A stretch of 64,000 nucleotides of DNA from Selaginella moellendorffii (taxonomy: Eukaryota; Plantae; Lycopodiophyta). Under the pieces are notes generated by a model. It was not told where the DNA came from. It saw nothing but the letters and a program-made list of their open reading frames with translations, and ran no database searches. Of this stretch, positions 12,017-24,911 are shown one piece after another (position 1 is the stretch's first letter; every line of letters begins with the position of its first letter). The position numbers were made by a program, and so were the translations under genes. The DNA is taken from contig NW_003314266.1 in assembly GCF_000143415.4 (NCBI RefSeq), positions 3,604,398-3,668,397 on the forward strand, in the 5' to 3' direction.

Positions 12017-12994
12017 TTGCATTGGGTTGCAGTGTTTTGAAATGTTGTCTCAGAGTCATTTAAACCTTCAAAGGGATGATTATGAAGTATGTGAATTTTT
12101 AATATTCGAATTGGGATAGTTATTTGTCATTTCTTCAATATGCATATATTATAGTGAGACAACTTTTTTTTGTGATTCACTATATAAACTCTTACATAAT
12201 CATGATTTAATATTGCTAATAGAGTTCAATTTACCTTTGCAATCATTATAAGATGCTAATGCTGTAGTATACCTAAACTTGGAGCTAAACTCTAATTCTG
12301 TTGTGTTACGAAATAAGGGTCTGATACACACTTAATATCCCCTACAAACATCAATTCCCCATATCCAACTCTTATATGTCAAACGTTGTTAGATGGAGTT
12401 TACTATTTGACAAGCATTTTTCTATTGGTTGAAGTGGAGTTTATTGAACATTTGAGTTGCATACAAGTGGGATAACAATGGTGCCATAACTCCCATTATC
12501 ATCAACTTCTAGAGTTTAAAGTGGATAACTTGGTGTAATTCATTTTCCCAATCTTTCAATATATAATTTGTTTAAAGGTTTTTTGCTCATTTAAAGGGAC
12601 TATATTGAGTGTTGTAGCAAGTTAGACCATAACTTTACAAGGTTCAATATAACATTCGACAATCCAATCCTTAAGAAATTATGCATATATAGCAATTGAA
12701 ACATTTTGTACAAAGGGATCAAAAACAATTAACACTACCTATAGATACATTAGCTCCTACTATTGATGTATCCTAGCCCATCAACTAAAGAGAATTTTAA
12801 TTGCCTTTTATCCTTTCAAGAGGAAGGGATAATATGAAGCAGATATATAGCTATAATGTTACTACTATTAACATAGTGGGATTTTAGTAGTTATTAGATT
12901 GGTTTTAATCTGGACCATTCGCTTTTATATATAAGCTATGGTTTTTAGGTTAATTAAATATGTATATTTTTATATTTCATTTCTATATTCCATC

Positions 12995-15900
12995 TGTGAT
13001 TGCATGGAATATGGAACAAGAATACAAAAAATATGCATATCAATTAGCCCAAAAAACCCTAATTTATATATACGAGCAAGTGTCAACAGCATACCAAAAT
13101 CCCACTACACTAATATTAGTATATAGCATTATAATTGTACACTAATATTATCCCCTCCTCTCGGAATGATGGAAGGCCATTAGGGTTCTTTTATGGATGG
13201 GTCAAGATCTTGAGGAACATTAGGAAGAGGCATCAATGGATTTATAAATAGTGTTAATTATTCTTGATCCCTTTATACGAAGCGTTTCAGCCACAACACA
13301 TGCACAATTTTTGAAAAATTGGCCTATTGAATGTCATGCCGAATCTCATAAATTTGTGATTCAACTTGCCATAACACCTGATATGGTCTTTTCCATTGAG
13401 CAAAAAGCCTCTTAAATAAACCACGTACCGTAAGATGAGGAAAATAGACTAATACAAAATCATTCACTTTGTACTCCATAAGTGGACAATGATGACAGTT
13501 ATAGCACCATTGATGTCCCACTTGTACATGACTTAAGTGTTTAGCAGACAATGTTCAGACAAGTGGAAAAATGTTTGTCAAATATTGATCCTACGACCTA
13601 ACATTGGCAACCTGTGGCAATCATGAAGGTAAACCCAACTTCATTGGCAATATTACATCATGACCATATAGGAGTTTATATGATGAAGCACCAACAAAAC
13701 TCTACACCCTTGTGATATACGCATACTGAAGAGATGGAAAATAACTATCCCAATCAAAATGCTGAAAGTTCATATACTTCATGATCATCCTTTTGAAGGT
13801 CCAAACGAGTCATTCTATTAAACCGTCTTATTGTGAATGATAAGAATTTGTAAATTTGTGGCGTATCCCTAACCAAGACATCAAAACATAAAATGCCTTA
13901 GCCATAAATGCGGGACCATTATTTGAAAGAATCTGCTCCGGACAAGAATGCTGGAACACCAATTTATTGAGGAGGAAGCATCCAACAACAGTTGTAAATG
14001 CGTTAGTAAGAGCACCAACTTTCACTCAGTAAGTCAAGTAGTTAGAAGCAATAATAACATACTCATTGCCAACAGTCGATCATGGAAAAGGTCCTATCAA
14101 ATCAAACACCCTATATTCAAACAGATGGGAAATTGTAATTGACTTCAACCATCCTTCCATAGCACGAAGGGGAATATTACAAGCTTTGCACCAAACGTAG
14201 CTATGCATATACTGAATAACATCACGTTGCATCTTTAACCAATAAAAAAAGTTTATGCAACTTCTTGGTCACACAACGATGTTTTATATGCCCACTTAGA
14301 ATAGGGGAATCATGGTAGGTGTGGAGAAAGTGTTGAATAAGTATTGAAGGCACCAACAACTGTAAATGATCATTAAAATTTGTCTCTACAAAATAAAGAA
14401 AATTATCCTCAAGGTAATATTGAGAATGTAAATGCCAAAATGGTAAGTCATTAGTAAGTGATCTGGGATTCTTAAACCCATCACAAAGCATTTGAATCCA
14501 TAGCTCAATATTTTGAACTACATGAACCTTGTCAAGAAAAGGTAAATCCTACTCTGCACCTTGTGGATATTGAATGTCAAGTAACATCCGCTAATGGCAT
14601 GGAATCCTCATCCAAAAAATCCATAGATGTTAGAACAACAAGTTCGACAAAAATTAAAAAGAGAGCAAAAAAGGGAAAGGAGTTCGAGAAAGGGTATCAA
14701 CATCATCTATAGAATTCCCCGAGTGATAAACAACATCAAAATTATATGTTTGAAGCTTCAAAACCCACCAAATAGTACAACTAACCAAGTTTTTGGTGTC
14801 TAGACTTTCCACTGCAACAACACCAACAGAACATTATTAATGCGAAGGTTTCCACCCAAGAAATAAAGGTCGTTAATCTAGAAAATGCCAACAACATTGA
14901 TAAATGTGACCAACTTCATCACACACTTAAGAACAGACATCATGGCCACGACTATGTCTTCACTCTTGTCCTTAAACTTAGGCAGCAACAACATCAACTT
15001 TCATTGGAACATGACCATCTCCCGTACAAAGTGGAGCTGGAGGACATGCAGCGAAAAGTGGAAGAGGTAATGTCTTATAATGTTGTGCCAAGCAAAGGGC
15101 ATCATCAAAAATGGTTCGAGGAAGTGCATGCACAAGTCATACAAAATCTTAATAAAGTGCTAATCATAACATCTTTAGCTTGATCCGCTCCAACATATTT
15201 GGCTCTGCACGAAGTAAGAGGCTTTGGAAATGAATGCAAAATTGCATCACCGACTTAGATGGCACTTGACGAAGACAATACAATTGTTAAAAGGTATCAT
15301 CACAATTGTCAGTATGTTCAAATGCACATTTAAAGATATTTAAAAGAATACTCCAATCTTCACTAATGGCTACACTCAAACCATTGTATCACTATAATGC
15401 TGTCCCTTGGAGACATATGGGAAATTCATACAAATGTTGAGCATCATTCCAAAATGATATATGGCAATCACCATAAAGTGATCACACCAATAGTATATAT
15501 CATCCCCAAGATTCCCATGGAAGAACTCTAGCCAAATGTGAGGATTGGTAGCAAAAGTAAAAAGAGTTAGACTAAATACTACCATCAGCTGAGTCTGATT
15601 GTTTATTTGCAATCACATAGCATTAGATAAGTGCACCAACTACTACTCCAAAATCAAATGAGGAGGAGGCTGCTACTTTACTATGAAGATGAATAAAATT
15701 AAAAAAAAAATAGAAAAGAAAAACTTGAGAAAAGCTAAAAGAATAGAAAAATCTAGACAATGTAAAAGTTAGATTTAAACCAAAAATCTCAAATCTTAGC
15801 ACTCCTCAGGTACAATCAAGGTTGCCCTTTACCTCCACTAATGTAAGTGTATAAAATATGGAAAAAGAATATAGAAAATATATATATTAATTAACCCAAA

Positions 15901-16017
15901 AACCCTAGTTTATATATAGGAGTGAGTGGTTTAGATTAAAACCAATCTAATGGCTACTAAAATTTCACTATGTTAATATTAGTATACGGCATTGTAGCTA
16001 TACACTTAAACCTCACA
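12995..16017 (-). mobile_element. Internally deleted Ty3/Gypsy copy (gag + integrase only), inserted in the 3' LTR of the + copy
   Basis: LTRs at about 12995-13147 and 15842-16017, PPT complement atcccctcctctc at 13150, integrase remnants (WKRPYQV, QILSNNGPAF), gag remnants; 4-bp TSD CATC at 12991-12994 and 16018-16021. Confidence 0.85.
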
Positions 16018-16285
16018 CATCAATTTTAATGATATTTATTTTGGTACTTATGGTTTAGAAGTTTTATCGTTATTTGTTATGGTAAATAGCCTTTAACAAT
16101 ATTACAAGTCAATTTGGGAATAAAATCTTTTTTAAAAAAAATTATGTGGTAAGGTAGTCATGTTTAGATACTGTAAAGTAAACATCTTTACTACTAAGAA
16201 AGCAATTAAAAGATCATTGCAATTTGCAAAAATAAGAATAAGGAAATCTAATCACAGTAATAGATGTGGCACCTAGATGTGGGGC

Positions 16286-16600
16286 ATGCAAGAATCTCAA
16301 TGTGAAACAATTGATGTATCCATTTGGAGGCTTGTGGACTTTGAGATCTTCTAGTTAGAGTTATTCTTTCTTCAGTGATCTCCATGATTGTTTCGAGCGT
16401 GAACCCAACCACATACACCTCTTCGAGAAGCCAAAGAGAGACCAAAAGTACGAAAGCACTCTTTAACAAAGTGCAAAAATTCCTTAACCAGTTATAATTA
16501 GAAATGCGCACTAAGAAGAAAATTCTATAATTCAAACGTTCTTATTTTTCACAAGCAAAGTTATCCAAATCACAAAGTCCTCCTCCTAGGTATTTCTTCT
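16286..16600. repeat. Segment X, copy 2 (decayed)
   Basis: atgcaagaatctcaatg..ggcttgtggactttgag..cgagcgtgaacccaaccacatacacctcttcgagaagccaa matches 17730-17900. Confidence 0.8.
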
Positions 16601-16829
16601 TGAGGGAGATCTAGCAAAGCAGGCACATATCATATATGTGCAAAGGGGAAAAAATGAATGTTGTGTTAAGTGTCGTCCTAGGGTTTGTAGATCCAGCAAG
16701 TGAGGAGGGGTCAACGCAAGTCATCTATTACCAAATCGATTGAATGCTCGCAAGACAACCTTCAGCTATCATGCCCTGTAGAAAAGAAAGAAGGAATTTC
16801 AGAAAATGAAAAGCTGAAACCTCGACGAG

Positions 16830-17560
16830 AGAGTCTAGACCTGGAAGAGCACATTAACTCGAAGCTTTGCACCAGAGTTTTTTCCTTGCCGCCAACTTCC
16901 GCCAGAGGCACGTAAATATGGCGTAGTCGATCAACTCGTGAGCATCCTCCAGGTCCTTGACAACCACCTGTGAAAGAAAAACTACATGGAGAAATCAGCC
17001 AAGTTCCACAAGTGCCTATAAAAGCTTTGTCTTGGTTCCCATAAAGCTATGAAAACAATGCTTGTGTGTGTTGTGTCAGCGAGGAAGAGCACGAAGATTT
17101 CCAAACAAGAACAAAGTACTGCAGGACAAAAATCTTCCACGCAAAAACCAGCAAAACCATTGATGAGACAAAAAACCAAGTTTTCAATGTAATGAGGTCA
17201 CGGAGAAAGAAAAAACGAATGGAAAGAAAGAAAGAAATTTTGGTACCTGAGCACAGGTAACTTGCTTGAAGCATGCGATCTCCTGAGTAAAATCCGCGAC
17301 TCCAATCGTGTGATGAAGAACTCGATTGCTCTCATAGTCATTCGAATTGGGGCCTCCAACGATGCAAATCACCGGCAAATTTGCAAGCTCCCACGCCTTT
17401 CGCCCGCGCATAGCCAGCTCGTTGCAGCAGCCCACGAAATTCAGCCGCAGCTCGGCGATGAGCTCGTCGAGCAGCAGCAGATTAAAATCCAGAGATCAAT
17501 CACGCCGTTCTCCGCCAGGCGCTGCGCCAAATGCCGCCCGGCAGTCTCCATTCCTGGCAA
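16830..17560 (-). pseudogene. PDC: Pyruvate decarboxylase pseudogene fragment (copy in third unit)
   Basis: NLPVICIVGGPNSNDYESNRVLHHTIGVADFTQEIACFKQVTCAQ; 16920-17180 is nearly identical to 1040-1330. Confidence 0.85.
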
Positions 17561-17630
17561 GAACCCTTAAATCTCTAAGAGCTTGACAAGTGTCTCAGAC
17601 ACGTAGACGATTCATTAACTATAGCGTTAA

Positions 17631-17711
17631 GTTGAGATGGCCGAGCTGGTCTAAGGCGCCAGATTAAGGTTCTGGTCCGCAAGGGCGTGGGTTCGAATCC
17701 CACTCTCAACA
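17631..17711 (+). tRNA. trnL-AAG: tRNA-Leu(AAG)
   Basis: GTTGAGA/TCTCAAC acceptor stem, CCAGA-ttAAGgt-TCTGG anticodon arm, variable arm and GTTCGAATCC T-loop. Confidence 0.95.
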
Positions 17712-17916
17712 AAAAAGATATCGCATGCAATGCAAGAATCTCAGTGTAGAAACGATCGATCCACTTCTCCAAGTCAATCTTGGGTCGATTTGGAAGCTTG
17801 TGGACTTTGCGATGTTTTTGGTTGGAGAACTTCTTTCTTCCGTGATCTTCGGGACTGTTTCGAGCGTGAATCCAACCACACACACCTCTTCGAGAAGCCA
17901 AGAGAGACCGAAATTC

Positions 17917-17961
17917 TTCCAAGTACCAAAGCTCGTAGAGCACGAGCTTTGGTACTTGGAA
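17917..17961. repeat. Perfect 20-bp inverted repeat with a 5-nt loop
   Basis: ttccaagtaccaaagctcgt-agagc-acgagctttggtacttggaa. Confidence 0.95.
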
Positions 17962-18469
17962 ATCACGAGGGCGGGAAAATTCCTTGACTGGCTATAACTA
18001 GAAATGCGATCCACACTGGAAAGAATCACGACTTTGGGCATGCAAAGGAAGAAAACCTATAATTCAAACATACAAACCTAAGATCGTGAGGAATATAGCA
18101 TCATGACTTCCATGTCATGTTTCTATACTTTTTCGGTGTTTTTTCCGCAAACGAAGTCATGTCCAAATCACAAAGTCTTTGATCAACTTAAGCACGCACA
18201 TATAAATACATTAATATTTTAATCATATATATATAATATAATACAAGGACGCCAGGCCGCAACAAAGAAGCTATGTAGTTTCAAGTGTACACTGGCACCG
18301 AAATGGCTCAACTTTTCTTCTCCTTTGAGGCAATTCGCGTTGATCCATCCCGGTCGCAGCACTCGGCTTGTCCAAATTCTTATGTATAGCGCTGAGCTTA
18401 TTGTCGCAAGTAGATACATAAAATACCTCCCTTCCTCGCTGGTGTTGTGAGTAATCTTCTCTTCTCTAG

Positions 18470-20755
18470 TCTGGTTAGCAGCGGTACGAACAAAATAATT
18501 GCAAGAAATAATCTTCAAGGACCTGGCAAGAAATCAAAGGAGTTTAAACTTTAGAGAAGCTGAGGCTATAAACTCTTTCACTGACCATTCTCCACAAAGC
18601 CCATCATGTGAACGATGTTCTGTAGCTCCCCATCCCAAACACTTGATGTCTACAAGCCAAAAAAATGAGGAAAAGTTTAGAACTTTCAAAGCTTCTACTA
18701 CGCTTTTGCTTTTATTCTTTGGTACCTGTGAGGCGGGATCACTGTATGGATCGAGGCACGGGAAAGCTCCTCTTCGCATAGCAACTTCTTGTAAACCGGT
18801 CAGTGTTCTCAAGTCGAAACCGGCAAGTTGCAAGGCACTGTGTTGTGCTTGATGCAGCTGCTGCGAATAGCTTTGGGGCCCCAGGACAAAATTTGTTGGA
18901 GAGGCCCGTCCATGCGGCACCTAAGCCGAGGAGAACAAATCTAGACTTAGCCTCAAGAACTAAAACAAGGACACAAGAAAAAAAAAAAAGGATTTTTAGC
19001 AGCGTACGAACCTCTTTTCCTAGTAGACTTTCGACGTTGAACTCCAGGCGGGGGTTCACGGCTGCCAGCTTCATTGACAGGAACTGGTTTAAAGAAAACT
19101 CGCGTAAATACACTGAGAATCAACACTTCGACGAGCTGTACCTCAACTTGACGCTGGAGCGACTGGACGTAGTTAATGATTTCATCAAGCATCACGGCTT
19201 TTCCAGTAACCTACAGCAGCGAGAGAGAATTCTCATCAGCCATCATCGAAGTCCCTGGCAAATGCATTGAAACTTACTTTGTTACATCCGGGTACTAGAT
19301 CCTGCAAGAACTTCATACGCTCGCTGATTTTCTCCCTTCGAACCTGGTACAGAAGGAATGGGAATTTTAAGTGCGATTGAAATAGAGAAATGCACGAACT
19401 CTCGCAATTAAAGTTCACAGGTAGCTTACCCTTTCAGCGAGGCTATGACTATCGGTTGCTTGTCCCCTTCGAGCTCTCACATGAATGTAGTCCTTGGGAG
19501 GCTCGGGTGGTTTTGTGTTCTCCTTGACTGACTTGGGGCTTGTGCTTCCAGAGTTGTCACTGCTGCTTCGATCGGCTTTACCATTACCATGCTGTTTTGA
19601 CTCTTCCTTCGCGTTTGGATTCCTCTGTCGCTTGCCTTTAACTTGCTCTCCATCCTGTCGAGACACAAGAACGACGCTTAGTTGGGAGAAAAGAGAAAAG
19701 GAAAGAAAAGCCGCGAATTCTTGTTAAAAGAATCACGGACCTTGATACCGCTGCTGGTCACACACGAAGAACCGTCTTTGAGCTTGTCCTCGGACAATGT
19801 CCTCCGCTTCCTTCCGGTGGATTCCTTGACAATCGACGCCTGACCTGCGGGAAAAAGGAAAAGGAAAAACCAGATTTTTGAGACACGGAACAAACTCGGC
19901 CAATTGCAATCGCTTACTTGTTTCTTGCGCGCTCTTGGCCCCACTGGTGTCATCCACAGATGCCTCAACTTTCGTCTCAACAACTGGCAACTTACTTGCA
20001 TCAGCCTGGCAAAGTGGGATCGCAACACCAGATCTGATGTGATCTTTGTTCTCGTCAACCAACGCAAAGACGGCTTGACTTAAGTGAGAAGCAGTAGCAG
20101 CAGCGGCGGCGTTACCGTTCCCAAACGAAATGAAACCATGAGTCCCGTGATGCTGACTTGCCGCCTCCACTGGAGAATTCCATCCACTTTTCGCCTCGGA
20201 CGCCAGGAGATGAGGACTCGATCTCATTGAAGAGTTTGTGCTCGCACTGGTGGAGAGACACCCCCCTATCCGTCCAATTAGCTCCACCATGGTTCCATCG
20301 GACAATGCCGCTCCTTGAGCTGTAGTAGCAGTTGTAGTAGTGCTCGAGGGAGTTAAACCAGAGCCTCCACTCCCAAGGGACGACGCAAAATCTCCCATTT
20401 GCTGCCAGTCGACGAGAATTTCATGCTGTTCTCCTCCGGTGAGATGATGCGAGGAGTGTATACTCAACACCTGTGCTGCTGCATTGCCGCTGGACGTGAA
20501 GAAGTGTGTGTCGGCATTCTGCTGCTGCGGCTCCCAAGAAGAGGAAGACTGTCCGACCAGCTGAAAGCTCGACGAGGCGTAGCTTGGAAGTGATCTCTCC
20601 AAAGTAAACTTGTCGTGGAAATCAAGGGACATAGGCGTGGAGAAGCCGTGCTGCTGAGCGGTGGTGACGACTCGAGGCAGTGCTTGAGGATGCGAGACGT
20701 CCATGCCCTCATGGAATAGGGACTCGGCAGACGATACGTGTGGTACAGCAGCCAT
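18470..20755 (-). CDS. bHLH transcription factor, CIB1/BEE-like subfamily (multi-exon; 3' end approximate)
   Basis: [21 protein letters not shown]|[22 protein letters not shown]|..[17 protein letters not shown]|[13 protein letters not shown] across GT-AG introns. Confidence 0.92.
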
Positions 20756-23700
20756 GTATCACGCACGCGTTGTAATCGATAGAATTCTCGGAATGTAGGC
20801 CTTCAGTAGCTAGCTTAGGAGACAACGATGACATCCAGTGATTGGAAGGCCGGAAGAACGAGCACGAGCCATTGTGTGATATCTCCTGCTCGATTCTGTC
20901 ACAGAAACAAGCACAATTCAGCATCAGAATCGTTCTTTTTGTCGCGGCAAGCAATGCAAGATGACTCTTACGCACACACATTGCAATAGCCCAAAACAAC
21001 CACTTACTTCAGTCCTCAAACACCATTCTACCATCATTCCAAGAGACAACAATAACGCTCAACTGGATAACTTGGAGCAATTGTGTAATCTAACACAGAG
21101 GGGCAGCGAAGCGAGAGGTATAGAGCGAAAGTAGGGTCGTTTGATTGAAATTTTCACACGGGCAGCAGGAGAAAGCTGCAAAGGATAAAGAGAGGCTTGA
21201 AGAAATGTCGCAAAAGAGCACCCGAGCCTGGTCGAGCAGTTGCGAGTGAGAAAAGAGGGAGAGTCTAGAGCCGCTCATAAATCAAGAGTCTAGCCAGCCA
21301 GTACAAAGAGAAACAGTGAGTTGGAATCACCTGGCAAGAAAACAAGAAGCCCAACAATGGAAGCATAGCAGCACAAAGGGCCCACTCCTCCTAAACACAC
21401 CAGCATACTTAGCAAAGGGCAAGAGGAGGAGAGGAAAAACCTGATGGAGCGAGCAATGCACCTGTGCTGGTCCTGGGCAGCAGCAGCAGCACACACAGAG
21501 AGAGCAAAAGGAAGGCTGTTTTTGCGTATCTGGCAGTTCCCCAAGTACACGAAAAGAAGCACAGGCACAGCCCTGAACAAAAGCAATGGAGGAAAAAGAG
21601 AGCACCAGTGCAGTGATGTGCAGATGCAATACTATACTATACACTAAGCTTAAGTTATAAAAAAGAGAGAAAAAAAATAACAGGATCAAAAAAGAAAGAA
21701 AAAAAACTCAAAGGTGGACTGGAACAGCGTAACACAAGCTATAGACGCACGAGCAAGAGTACAGCAGCAGCAGCCGCAGCCGCAGCGGCTCGAAACACCA
21801 ACACGTTTCCCTGGGATGAAAATGAGTGCAGAACAACTCGCAAGGATCTTATAACAACTAGATCAGACCGACTGAATCGACAGACATACGCGTTGAGTTA
21901 GCAAAAGCTATGCCGGGAGGAATGCAATGGCACAGAGAAGAAGAAAAGAAAACAAAGGATAAAGAGAAAGATCAATGCCTGGGGGGGACGAACGAACCAA
22001 ACGAACAGGAAGCAAGGAAGCAACGAGGCGGCAACTCTAGCTTCCAATTGCGTGACTGAAACCCGCAAAGCATTAAGAAGGGGACCTCCTCCTTATACTT
22101 TTTATCTCTCTCGCGTATTCTAATGCCGCGGAGGAGCCGGAAATGACCAGAAGCTGCGTACACCTATAATGCCCGTGGTGAAGACGAAAGAACGAGGAGA
22201 GGGGAGAAAAAAAAACACTCCCTTTCACAGCCAGGAAGAGGAAAAAAAATAACCTTTAAAAACACAAACTGGCTATGGCAGACAGAGTTGCACAGCTCGA
22301 TGAGTCACTGAAAGGACCACAAAGAATTCAATCCAGGGGTGGTCAGCAGCGAGCGATCGCTTGCTTGCACAGTAGTGTTCTCTTCTCTCTCTCTCTCCAT
22401 TTCTTTTTTTTTTTTCCCTCTCTTTTTCTTTGGCAGGGATAGAGGCGCTGCGCTTGTCTCTTACAGTACCCAAGGACACGCGAGTTAGAACTTAAAGCAC
22501 ACTGTTGCCGGCTGGCCAAGGGGGAAAGCGAGTGTTTGCAAAAACCGATAATGCCGGAGGAAGTGATCCCAAGGAGATGGAAACAAACAAGAAAAGGAAA
22601 ATTCGCAGAGAATCTCAAAAAAACTTTGCCAAAGGATCACTCGCTCACAGAAGATACGACCACCACCAAAGCGCTCTCTCTCTCAAAAAATAAGCGAAAA
22701 CAAAACAAAAGCAAAAAAATGAGAAAAGAACGCATAAAAAATGCGAGAGAGAGAGAAGAATTCTCTCCATTTTCATCTCTTCCAACGCTTGAATGAATGG
22801 CATGGACCGGATGAAAAGCTAAAAAGGACCACGCAACAACGCAAGCCGCCAAACTTCTCCCCCAGATGGGCAAAGAAAAAAAAAGGGGGGGAAAATCCCT
22901 CCACTAACAGTTCCAGTACTCGCTCGGGAATGAGTTTAAAACGCTAGCTAGAGTGAAGAGCGCCGAAAATACATACCGGAAAAGAGGGCCAAGCATTGGC
23001 ACCGCTGGCCCGCCCACGGATTCCACCGTCGTCCTTGCCGCCATAGCCCACGAATTTTTAGGGCTCTTGCTTAAACCCTAACCCCCCGTAAATGATTCCC
23101 GAATATTCTCCCATGCAACGTGGCGGATCTCCGATTCCTCCGTTCTTCTGTGGAACTTCTTTTTTGTTCAATTGGGTTGGATTGGATGGATTCAAAGCGG
23201 GGTGGCGGAGCTAAGATAGGGGTCACGGACAAGTTCTTGGGGGAGTCGTGATCCCAGTTGGAAGCAACCAATTGTTTGAGTTCACGAGACAAGAAAGAGG
23301 ACTTTCCTGGTTTGCGAGCTTGAGTTGCTTCCCAGGCAAAATATTCCTTCTAAGGCGTTCCCCCCGGGAACTTACAGTTTGACTTGAACAGCTTCCTGGA
23401 CATTCACGTGAATTTCACCACCTTTGCCATGCTTAATGCATAATGTACTAATTAATCGCTAAATTATCATCGAATACAACCCTGCAGGAAAGATTAGAGC
23501 TAAAAAAGTTAGCTAGCTAGAGCTCTACCTATGTTTCTACAGGGATGATCCATCCAGGGGTGTCGTAATCCCACCCAGAAAAAACTTAGCTAAAGTTTGC
23601 TCCAAGGAATCAACCAGATGCCAATTTTTAATCCGCACGATGGATCAACACGAACTAACAACAAGGGAGCAAACACACAGCATGATTCGAGTCAGTCCTT

Positions 23701-24911
23701 TTGCTTTCGTCCCATCAAAGCGTGATCAGCTAAACAGTAGAATTTGCAAGAACAACCACAAACATTATGGCCCTAGAATAATCACCCCGGCTGCGTTTCC
23801 GCAAAGAAAACGCATTCTTTCTTTCACTCCTCTCCAAGCACAACGCAGGGACAAATTCAACCGTGACACTTCCATTGACACGACAATCCAAGCAAACAAG
23901 TCCGCGTCGCTTTGTTTTGTCCTAAACCAGCTCATTTGGGTTAAGTAAATGATGTGTTTTGGCCATAATATGATTTAACTAATAGGATGATGGAAGCTCG
24001 ATGAATGTGGACGATCACCAAACACAGAGCTCGAATTCTTTAGTCCTGGGAAGCTTTGTCCACGGGAATCTGGGTTGCTTAAGCATATGAGCATGGGTTT
24101 CATCAAGGATCGTTCGTTGAACTCCAAAGCTCGCTCGTTTTCTGGTGTTTGTTGTTGGTTGCCAGGGATCTCACTCGTGCCTCCGACCATAAACAATTCA
24201 TTGGTCAATCATTAAGCATATGGCTGGGACAGTTTAGAGATGGAAAGGAAGGGACTCAAGGAGGAGACCTGAGATGATTCACACTATTCTGATCGGAGAT
24301 CTCCCAAGAAATAGAGAGATCCCCGGACAGCGATGTTGTTTCAGAGATATCAAAGTTTTCGAGTAGCATCCGGTTGTTGGTCTATCACTCCATCCAAATA
24401 TCAATCTCCAAAGTTATAGAGCTTTCACACATTCATTCATTTCATTCACCTTGCACGAAGAAACAAAACCACTTGCTCAAAACAATGATAAGAAAGAAAG
24501 TACCAGCACATGCAAATGCTTGTAGTATTTGACAAACAAATCGAAGGGGTCATTTGGATCGTCTCCTTCCATGGTTTGTTTAGACTCTCCCTTGGTATTA
24601 TTCCAGGAACTTGGCTATGCCTACCAGGCTATCTAGTAACTAGCTCTATAAAGATTCCCGCTCTATATTCTTCCAGTTTCTTGAGTAAACTTCCTCCATA
24701 TCATACATTTGAGAATTGCTATTGTAGACTTGGAGATAAAAAATGGAGAATGTTGCCAAGTTCTGCAATCACAATCTTAGAAAGCTAGAAAAGATCCCTT
24801 GATTACTATGACAAGAGGAAAAAAATATCAAGGCTTGCCATGTGCTTCTACCATTGGATAGTAGAACTTGACGCAAGATTTGAAGAAAAAAAGGGCAGTG
24901 ATATCAGCGTT

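Larger units (their letters stand above)
8563..12994 (+). mobile_element. Degenerate Ty3/Gypsy copy (same family as 47054-52057), PR/RT/RH missing, with nested insertions
   Basis: 5' LTR-like sequence from 8563 (tgtgag), gag remnant at about 8.96-9.79 kb, inverted integrase piece at about 10.01-10.28 kb, integrase C-terminus at 12.03-12.8 kb, PPT aagaggaaggga and 3' LTR at about 12.83-12.99 kb. Confidence 0.8.

Noticed and set aside
17917-18001. Helitron 3' end (hairpin plus CTAG)
   Set aside because: CTAG is about 37 nt from the hairpin, farther than typical, and homology between copies continues past it.
21000-24800. Numerous short ORFs
   Set aside because: Low-complexity GA/CT-rich UTR, intron and promoter sequence of the bHLH gene; no coding signatures.
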